DNA of 64,000 nucleotides from Nitrospirales bacterium (lineage in GTDB: Bacteria > Nitrospirota > Nitrospiria > Nitrospirales > UBA8639), in NCBI GenBank assembly GCA_965203295.1, contig CBDBCZ010000010.1, positions 320,001-384,000 on the forward strand, given 5' to 3'. The translations under genes and the position numbers were made by a program. Below, one piece after another: positions 54,571 to 64,000 of the stretch. Every line of letters begins with the position of its first letter. Positions within the stretch are counted from its first letter, which is position 1. The notes below the pieces were generated by a model, which worked only from the letters and a program-made list of their open reading frames with translations, had not been told where the DNA came from and made no database searches.

Positions 54571-55080
54571 CACTTTAAACGCCGTATACGCATTTATGCG
54601 TACTGCGCCGTATACACATTTATGCGCGCCACTTACCTCCGCATACTGAGGTACGCAACTGGGCTGATTTGAAAATCATGCTGTTTGATTACTGACTGGA
54701 GTAAGTTTTTTTTAGGTGGACATTCTCGTCTGCGCTGTCTCTCCAGCTGTCCCACCCAGTCCAGGAGCCCCATCAGCCGGCTATCTCCCTCGTACCGGTC
54801 CAGGAGCTCCACCAACCGGCTATCTCCCTCGTACCGGTCCAGGAGCCCCACCAACTAGCTATCTCCCTCGTACCGGTCCAGGAGCCACTTTAGCCAACGA
54901 TCCTCACCCCAGCCCCAGAGCCTCATCAGCCAACCATCTTCGCTGCGGCCCCAGAGCCTTATCTGCACGGACATGAGAAGAGGACAGAGGCATGATACCG
55001 TCTTTTTCTGCAAGACATGCACGTACCACCCACCACTGCACCCAACCATTTGCTTTGAACGGTACCATGAACTGAGGGCC
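54571..55080 (+). mobile_element. Internally deleted piggyBac remnant (left end, 39-bp repeats, Cys-rich-domain coding fragment)
   Basis: TTAA|CACTTTAAACGCCG; RHDTVFFCKTC..PPLHPTICFERYH at ~54990-55070; right end not found. Confidence 0.65.
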
Positions 55081-56064
55081 TACGCTGTCCGGTACTGATG
55101 GCAGCTGATGGATTCCTCAACCTCCCTCTTATGAACATATGTCTGTACCCTTGTATTATCAGTAACATAATATGGTGTCTAGCCTCCACTAATACTCCCT
55201 CGTCCCAACCATACAGCAAATCTGACATAATAATGGCTTTCTTACCGATCTAGCATGGTCTTCTGCATGGAAGATGGCTGTGTCTGAGCTGACCTGCAGT
55301 AAATAATACATAACAGCGTTAGTTTTACGCTAGAATGGCTTTAACTTGCTATAGCGTCGTTAGCACAGCCAACTACGTACTCGAATGATGTCATAGCAAC
55401 ACACGCTAAAAAACTGATGGGTATTTAGGGCTCTCTTTTGCCCTTTCTCCGCTGAAACTAGTAGCTATTCCAAGACCTTACTCCAGAATCTCTCTTCATC
55501 CCTTTTCAAACACACGAGCACATTTTAAGAAGCAAACTACAAAATCTGGCGGCATTTCTACTCACCTCCATATGGCTCCCGCCTTTCTCGCGTTTGTCAC
55601 CTCCCTTCCACTCTTATTCCTTGCTCTTTCACGCCAGAGTGCTTCTTGCTTGTAAAATAAGTTACTACTTCACTGTTTTGGGCCTTTTACAGAACGAAGA
55701 AGGCCCTACAGAGCGCCTGGAGAGGTCGCGTAACTGTACTTAATTACACTAACATGCACTTCCGCGTATTCAGATGACACATCCGCTTACACGACATCTC
55801 CGTGCAGACTGTGTCATATGCGTAGTCAGAGTAGCTCGGATGCTGAGCCATCCACTTACTCATTACTCAAACAAAATCAAATGTAGCGACGAAAAATCCT
55901 GGCCGCTTGCTTTCACAATCACGCATAGATAATCAGAAAATCTCTCCCGCTCGCTTCCAGCAGACCACAGATTCCGGTATCAAATACAAAACGTTGAGAA
56001 GCCTTGAATGAACATGTATCCGGTATTACTACTCCAAATTTACATAGCCCTTTATACCCGCTGT

Positions 56065-56156
56065 GCACGCGGGCCACTTTAGTGGCCTTCTGTGTGGGCT
56101 ACGCACGAAAAATAATTGAATACGGGCCACTTAAGTGGCCTCCTGCGTGCAATGAG
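56065..56156. mobile_element. Orphan piggyBac end of the CTCATTG family
   Basis: Duplicated GGCCACTT(T/A)AGTGGCC palindromes, then GCAATGAG|TTAA. Confidence 0.6.
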
Positions 56157-56699
56157 TTAAGACTGTACTAAGTCATGCGTTCAAATGTCTGCTATGCGAG
56201 TAGTCAGAAGCTTTTATGAACTGTACTTGTTATACTCGGGCGTTTTTATCATCAAAATGAGTAATACCATACTCTAAGATTGCTAGAAGGCATTGAAATC
56301 GGCAGGCGGCTGAACAGCAATAATTTGTTCCAATTGTTTGTTTCTTCTTTCTTCTACCAGGCTAACACAATAGTAGCTACAGCTATGACAGTTATTCTAA
56401 TACAAGCAAGCATACCTCTTCTCTCACTGCCTGCCATTACGTGTTTTTCTATTTAACGTCTACCTTCTATTGTGCAGCTGAGCTGGAGAGTTGCTGCGCC
56501 CGGTTGTATAGTCACAGTGCAACTTACACGTACTGTAGCTATTAAAATGATTATGCTTATTCACATGCCTGATTTTTTTGGTTGGTGTGGCTAATAACTT
56601 TGAGGGAGAAAAAACCAACAGTACATTCAAAACTGACAATAAAGCATAAAGGCAGCTGCTTGGGCAGCTTAGCTGACCCTACGAAGAGACCTTCCCCCA

Positions 56700-57400
56700 T
56701 GTGCATGCAGGTGATGACCTTTCTGATGCTGACTGGTCGAAACTTATACTACACACAACATCCTAAAACACCTTCCATTCCAACACCATCCACCATGCAC
56801 ATAATCATCTACAACTGCACATTTGTTACCACATCCCAACAAGTTACAGAAAAAGCACTTGCTAATGAGTGCAAAAACAAGTCATGTAGGGATGCACTTC
56901 CACCAAGAATACACTTCTCCAAAAACCAACGAAACAAGTGACAATACAATACTGAAATGCATGCAGACTACCCACACATCAGTGCAATGCATTTACTGCT
57001 ATCATCCCTACATCTTTCCAACCACACCCACCACAATCTATACCACACCCCCATACACAACAGCACACCCAATACTCCCTTCAACACACCCAACTATCCA
57101 CAATCACCATCAATCATGTCACCTTGTCTCTATCCCACAATCACCCTTACATCTTATCCACCATCATTACATACTACACGAAACACGACACCCCACACTG
57201 CAATCAACCCAAACCTTCACAGGAATACTATCCCCATCAAAATGCACTTAGTTCCACGAATCCCACATTCTACATTCATAAGCACAAACCAATGCACAAT
57301 CAGCACTTTCAGCTACCTTCCACAACCATAAATATACTCAGTCATTAGCAATACACACACACACCAAATTACATTACCAACTGTTCACATCTCACATATA
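56700..57400. repeat. CA-rich dispersed repeat, related to 63530-64000
   Basis: GTAGGGATGCA.TTCCACC..CCAAAAACCAA direct match at ~63600; CAACCCAAACCTTCACAGGAA inverted match at ~63970. Confidence 0.65.
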
Positions 57401-57655
57401 CACGATTGTGGTGGGTGGGTTGGAAATATGTAGGGATGGTAGCTACGCAGTAAATGCATTTGCCTCGGTCACTATTGCATTAGTCATGCCCCTCCTTCTC
57501 ACTTTTTTTTAAAACCTCGTAGTGACTCGCATCCGGTCTCTTACCTATACTCCACCTGAAGTCTTGAAAAGGTACAGTGGCAACTGCTGTACAGTTGAGG
57601 CAGACAGGGTGTAAATGTGACCATAATGCATGTACCTCCGGGTACACCTTTTTAA

Positions 57656-58282
57656 CCCTTTATAGCCCATTGCGCATGCGCATTTCATCACGCCATGCCC
57701 ACAATAATTGAATTACGTCACATGCACGTTAGTGATTGCCGTTTCAAGCCTTGTAGCAAAAAATAGGGGAAGACTTGGACTGAACACGCTACAGAACTGA
57801 AGAGAAGAGCTCCCAAGCTTTGATTTGACGTCATATTTAAGCGTGATTCACCGCCAGAAAGTGGCAAGCGGCAGCAAATTCTCGATACCGAACGACAATT
57901 GAATATCGCCGCTACTTACTCTCTCACAACGGCGCCTCGAAGGATAATCCGGACATTCACAGATTAGCAGAGTTATTGTATGATGCAGCTAGATAGTTGT
58001 TGAGCCTCCAGTCTTGATTTGTAGCCTAGATTCTTGAGCTGTACGTTGTCCGTTCGAGTGGCAGGTGTTATTCATTGTAAATTTTCTCGTCAACGGCACG
58101 GGGATGGCCCTGCTTGGTAGCGCTAAAATAAAGTTTTTACTCACTATGACATCAACATTCATGATGGGGATCCCCCTTGAGCCACGTTCTCTCGATCTAA
58201 GTCCATGACGCATATATGCGTCATTGGGCTTTAGGGGCACAATACGCAATGACGCATATATGCGTCAATGGGCTTTAAAGAG
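57656..58282. mobile_element. piggyBac MITE, right TTAA lost
   Basis: TTAA|CCCTTTATAGCCCATTG..CAATGGGCTTTAAAGAG; duplicated ATGACGCATATATGCGTCA palindrome. Confidence 0.75.
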
Positions 58283-59159
58283 ACGGGCACATCACAATAA
58301 GACCTGATGGTTTACCTCATCTTCACTCGATTGACCCGCTCTTGGAACCTAAACAACCAAAGCACTTAAATTGAACACTTGGGTTATATAATCATATTCA
58401 AAGCTAGGAGTATTCCTGACTCAGCCTTCCTATATTTGAGGCCCATAGGTATAGTTTTTAAAACATTCATGACAAATGGATAGCATCAAACTTCTACACT
58501 GGAAAGGAAGCTCAGTTCTATTCCAATCATATTTTTACCAGCCGGAGCGCGCGCAAGCGCGCGAACGGATGGTTCTAAGGTTACTTTACGTTTTCCGCGT
58601 TTGTCGGTCTGTCCATAGATAATATAAACTATGGTCTGTCTGTGCGTTCGCACTTATCACGTGCGCGATATGTTACATCATACGTTACTATGCAACTGCA
58701 GTATATAGCAGCTTTTGGAGGTTTGTAGCCAAGCTACACCAAACGAAAGCAGTTGTGAGTTGCCTAGATGGCAAAAACTCGGTAGGCTGCCGTACAGATC
58801 CTGTTTTGGTGACATATAGCTACTAACTAGAAGCGCACGACGAAACTGCTGCGTCAGCACTTTTGCTGTACTGCGTTGTCTCTACAGATATGCCTACGAT
58901 TTGTCGGCCTGTGACTATACTGTAGTGTAATTACTAATTCGTAGTTCTACAGCTGCAGTATATACTTATGTTGCTGCCGTAGCGCTTACGCCATTGACCA
59001 CGCACCCACATACGCAGGCGGAGCTTGAAAGATCTCCAGTCAGAGGACAAGAGCAACCAGATGTCTCACCATTACCATCCTGATCACCATATAATTTATT
59101 CTTCCTAGTCTCCCAGATTAATAAAATAAAACTCTTAACTAGCCTTAATAAAGCCTTAA

Positions 59160-59796
59160 CACTTAGAACGCCGCATAAAATGACGTCATTTAACGCGTTA
59201 ACGCTGAATAATTAATGAGGCGGCGAATCTGAGTAAAATTTTGGTGCTAATCAATGACTGATGCTCAATTTGTACTAGTTGAAGCCTATAGAAGCTTCAG
59301 ACAAGCTTATAAAAGCGTTAACTAAGCTTAACAGGCATACACAAAACCGTTTATACAAGTAAAAAGCTTAACACAGCTGTCTTTGTCGACCATCCCGGAT
59401 TTCACGGTCATTTGAAGTCGTCCTGATGCCTACCAGGGACTGAGGCGGTGAAAAACGATAGAGCTGAAGTTGATACAACCTTGGGCAGCTACACAAGCGG
59501 CGACAAATCGAACTTACGATGTCTTCAGGCAGTTTTGGACGCTTATCTCGATCGCCAGCCATGGCTACCGTGCCGTATTTCCGGTTGTAGCGCATTGTGG
59601 TTGAAGTGCCTACGCAAGCAAAAGCCACGCACAGACAGGGGAAGTCCCCTGCTGCCGCCGCTGTCTCTGTAGACTCGCTTATCAAAACGTCACACCAAGA
59701 TAAGCGTGACAAATTGGGTAGCGCCAATATATTGGCGTATGGCGTAGTGCGCGTTTCCCGTGTGAGCCAATATATTGGCTCATGGCGCTCAGAGTG
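59160..59796. mobile_element. piggyBac MITE (family shared with 62652-63275)
   Basis: TTAA|CACTTAGAACGCC..GGCGCTCAGAGTG|TTAA. Confidence 0.85.
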
Positions 59797-59806
59797 TTAA
59801 TTAAAA

Positions 59807-61262
59807 TCATCTTTCCCAATTCTCACACCCTAAAACAAAGCCCGTCCTCTCGAAATTATTGAGTGCACTAAACTCTTCAAAACTTTCACCCAACAGATTG
59901 TCTAAGTCTTTCATGAAAGTACTTCTAAAAGTATCATACGCAGAGCACATGTACCACACTCTCACATTCATCCCCATACAACTTACACTGCCTATCATCA
60001 TTTTTACCCCGATGCCTTCCTAACCCTTCATTCAGACCATTAGTACCAGACCTAAACTTAACCCTTTAAAGTTTAACTAAGTTTAACTTTACTATTTAAG
60101 CCATCATTAAAATCTTTATATTCTCTGCATCTCAATGCTTCATCTACTCTCTCTAAAAACAAGTTTACATTATAATCTTCAGCTAGTATTTCCTGACTGT
60201 CTATATTTAACTGCAACAACAATTCACTAATTACTTTCCTCCAGGTCTTCCTTTGCCTACCCCTACAAGGCTTCTCTTCCCACTCATTGTGTAGTAGTAA
60301 TCTAGGATATCTCTCAGCATTCAAACTATTGACTTTATACCACCACTTAAGTTTGCATCTATCCCTCCTGCCTTTCAAAGATTCTAACTCCATATCCCCC
60401 CTTAATGCTTCATTACACGTTTTAGAAGAGCAGCCAAGCATCTTTTTAGCTGCTCCTAGCTGAATAGATTCCAAGGAAGCTGTCTGCCTTTATTACAAGC
60501 CCATACTTCACTACCATATTCTAAAGTAGGGCGAAGTACCGATACTAACAATAATCTTCTTGCAACTGTATTGATATTCCTATTACTTAAAAACCTATGT
60601 AATTGATTCAGTTTTTTCTTTCCATTATTTATTACCTTCTGTACATGACTATCCCATGAACCATTCTTAGCAAATTCAATCCCCAAGTAACAGTAACTTA
60701 CAACCTCTGGAATGTCTTTATCTCCCCACTTCCATGTACATGCACCTGTATTAACCTCTTTAGAAAATACCATAACAGCACTCTTTTTTATATTAGATTT
60801 CAACCTCCTTTTATTACAAAACCCCTGCACTATATTAATCAAGGTTTGTAAGTCCTCAGCATTAGTAGTTAAACCTACAATCATCAGCAAACATCAGACC
60901 CCCAACCGTAACAACCTTCTTAACAGTAATGCCAATCCCAGCCTTCTCAACCTCATCTAACAACTGATTAATAAAAATGGAAAAGAGGATAGGCGACATA
61001 CTACAACCCTGTGCCACCCCGACCTATATTGAATTGCTCAGATACTTCTCCCTCCAGTAAAACAGCACTCTGTGTGATGTCATACATATTCTTAATAACT
61101 CTCCACATCCTACCCCTAACCCCAAGTTCCCATAACTTAAACCATAAACCATCATGCCAAACTGCTTTCTGAACATCTATGAAAAAAGCGTAAGTGTGCT
61201 TTCCTTCCCTCATTCTACCTTGTACAATTTCATTTAGAGTAAAGATGCTATCAACACACAGC
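59807..61262 (-). pseudogene. 5'-truncated non-LTR retrotransposon (LINE) reverse transcriptase
   Basis: FIDVQKA.VWHDGL, QGC, FADD, YLGIEF, RPTLEYGSEVW; several frameshifts. Confidence 0.9.
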
Positions 61263-61269
61263 TGCAGTT

Positions 61270-62600
61270 AGCTTGGCCTAAGCCGAGTTGTGTGTAACTT
61301 ATTGTATTATACGGGAAAGGTGCCCGGCTGGTTTAGACATGAAATGTCAGACTTGTGTGATATATCCAGGAATAATAGGAGCCGCAGCTTCAGCCCAAGA
61401 TCTGAGCCGGGGGCTTCCAACTCTGCTCCTGGAGGTCAAGCTGAGAGTCAGAATTTTGTTAAGGCCTGCCTGTCAAACCACAGGGAGGCCAATGACTATA
61501 AACTTCTGGATATATACAACAGATGGTCTAAACAAGTTCTTGGTAACTACACAACACTGGGTGATGTTTGTGTTAGCAAAGTAACGGGTCTTACTTTAGG
61601 TGAGTATTATGAATTTCATAAACAATATTGGTTCCAGTATCATAATCAACAAACGTGTTTTGAATGATCCTGGCAGGGGAAACTATTGTTTCAATTGGTA
61701 TTGCTTTCACAAGTGTTCAAAAGGGCGTTTCCATCAAGTGAGTATCAATCACATCACGCAAAGAAACAACTCCGTACATTCCAATAGTTTACATCCGTGT
61801 TGGTACACCAGCAAGTTAGTGTTTGGAGTTGCTGGTGATGGAACTGATTCCAGGGGTTAACTGCAGGAAAGTTGCTGAGTTTTTGAATGCACACTTTGGC
61901 ACACAAAGTACTGCAGCCACACCAAACTTAACCAGCCAAGTTTTAATACATCCATAAGGCTAATAAGAATTTATATCGGCCTTTTTATATTAGGCGTTAA
62001 TTTCCGTTTAACTGCTGCAAGAAGACAGTGGAGTCTCCAGAACATGTCCAAGAGGGTAGATCATGTCCAAACATGCATTGAAGAGACTCAGGACTTCTGT
62101 ATGTGCATTGAAGACCTTGCCAGCACTTGTGAAAGAGCAATTCTTTGGACATATGGGATCAGCTGCACTATTAATGACAAAGCTCTAATGACAGTGACAG
62201 TAGCTGTGAGCCTGATGATTTCCCATCACACACGATCCTACCAAGCTCAATTATGGTACCATCAAATGTAATTATTCTAAAGATGCTGTCTGAATCACAA
62301 TACAACTGGTTGAATTCTTGGAACAGTATGGCTGTGATGAGTCAAGTGAGGATAAATTACAATGTGTTTTCTCCAAATATATGGAAGATTCATCCCTGAA
62401 TGCTCCCCAGAAGGAGCTTTTGGAGCACTTTTATGCAGCATACTACATGGACAAAGTCACAAGACGGCTCAGAGATGAAAGAGAAGCAGATGCCATGAAT
62501 GAAATGACTGTCAGATTTGGATTCCGATGATCCAGAAATGTATGTTCAATTGGACCTTCAAAGTGAACATGCAAAAGCCGCTATAATAAAGCGAAAAAAA
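61270..62600 (+). pseudogene. Decayed paralogue of the ORF1-end/ORF2 region of the unclassified element
   Basis: DVCVSKVTGLTLGEYYE vs NVYVSLISGLSLAEYVE; IEDLAS vs IEDLAC; SQYNW vs SKYNW; SDDP motif; same junction hairpin at 61463-61490. Confidence 0.75.
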
Positions 62601-62651
62601 ACAATTTTACATTTTACATACAATTGTTCAACCACCATCACATACCCTTAA

Positions 62652-63275
62652 CACTTAGCCCGCGTCCATTTTGTGACGTAATCTTACGTGTGCGGAATTT
62701 AATTAAAACTAAATTGAATATTCGATAAACCAGCTTATAGGACGCTAGAAACTACTCTATACGTTAGTTGTACTTGAGAAAGCTTAAATTTACTTCAATC
62801 ACACATGCTACAGCTTCAAAAGCTTAACAAAGCTTAACAGAGCTGTAAAAAGGCGGGCTACAATAGGCGGTTCATACTTACCCGAGTAGCTCCACCGATT
62901 TCAAGCGATCCAGTGCCCTGCTAGGGACTGAGGCGGCGAAAGAAGATACAGAAGTAGTCCTGAGAACCTTAGGCAGCCACACAAGCAGCGTGAAACAACG
63001 GTAGTGGCATCCGCGCGCAGTTTTAGGCGCTTGTCTCGATCGGCAGCCATGGCTACGTCTCGTGGTCGATCGTATTTCCGGTTGTAGCGCTTCGTGGTTT
63101 GGAGCTTACGTCAACAAAAGCTTATTATAGACAGGGGAACTCCCCTGCTGACTATCAGTACTAAAAATCAGAGCTTATCAAAACGTAATACAGACGTAGA
63201 AGCCAATATATTGGCCCTCCGCGCTACGCACGTATACTTGGCGGGCCAATATATTGGCCCTCCGCGTTCTAAGTG
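62652..63275. mobile_element. piggyBac MITE
   Basis: TTAA|CACTTAG..CTAAGTG|TTAA; internal similarity to 59160-59796. Confidence 0.88.
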
Positions 63276-64000
63276 TTAAGGAAGCATTTCAGGAACTCAA
63301 GGGTTGTCCTCCATCTCAGCAGTACATTGAAGAAGCTGCAAAAAGGTGCTTTTGTTACCAGATGAGGTACGGATGTGGTTTGATCATACAGTCAGTTTCA
63401 GACAACCGTAAATGAGGTGCTGCACAAGCTACGGAAACTCGAAGGAAGAGAAAGGCAGAAAAAAAGCACCAATTGCACTGGTGTTACATGTGATTGGTAA
63501 AGTAATTTATGCATTCTGAGTTATGTAGTATATGTTATATAATAATAAAAGCAGATATGTGATGCCTTTGTAGGTACATGTATAGATAAAAAGATGTCAT
63601 GTAGGGATGCATTTCCACCGAAAAACACTTCGCCAAAAACCAATGAAGCAAGCGACAGTGCACACCACAATGCATGTTGTTTGTATAGGTACTTGGGGAG
63701 TGTTTGCTTATAATATGCCTGATTGAGTGTTATGAAGTTGTGAGATGCTTGTGTGTGCAGATTCTTTGTAGGGGAGGTCAATGAGGGTGTATTTGGTAAA
63801 GTGTAGATTGCGTGTTGTAAACTTTGCTGAGTGTGTTGCATGGTTGTTGATGTGGGTTGTGTTTGTTGTGTGTGTAGGTGGCAGTGTGGTGTTGTGAGAA
63901 ATTGCTCTGCTTGGTTTGTGCTTGTGAATGGTGAATGGTGGAGCAAAGTGCATTTTGATGGGAGTAGTGTTCCTGTGAAGGTTTGGGTTGGTTGTAGTGT

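Noticed and set aside
56048..56060. CCCTTTATACCCG as partner TIR of the 15738 piggyBac
   Set aside because: Same orientation rather than inverted, and no flanking TTAA
56582..57348. His/Pro/Thr-rich ORFs (also 63521-63953)
   Set aside because: Compositional artefacts of a CA-rich repeat with no domain motifs

Overview
Eukaryotic (animal) DNA, probably from a sponge or other early-branching invertebrate (inference from intron and repeat style). It is almost entirely a pile of nested DNA transposons whose insertion order can be reconstructed from TIRs and target-site duplications (TSDs). Left part: a spliced minus-strand gene with a TRAF-type Zn finger, UBX and HECT-like domains (1-4643), AcademH-type MITEs, CACTA- and Zator-like relics, and a decayed RecQ-helicase/MULE-transposase frame. 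Centre: a piggyBac (15738->), then an unclassified two-ORF element (~18296->54570+). That element is interrupted by a 19.3-kb IS3EU-type transposon (18738-38066, 6-bp TSD) carrying a DDE transposase and a convergent HECT E3 gene. The IS3EU in turn holds Crypton elements, piggyBac MITEs and a 9-kb MULE. The same unclassified host also contains a Sola2-like foldback, a Ulp1-protease MULE and a second piggyBac. Right part: piggyBac MITEs, a LINE RT fragment and a second decayed copy of the unclassified element. Highlights: ubiquitin/SUMO enzymes carried as transposon cargo; a TTT-stop-hairpin junction (candidate recoding signal) conserved in two paralogues; and a footprint of reversed-end piggyBac transposition. 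Most ORFs carry lesions. No rRNA, tRNA or CRISPR was seen. Family names come from manual motif recognition, not database searches.
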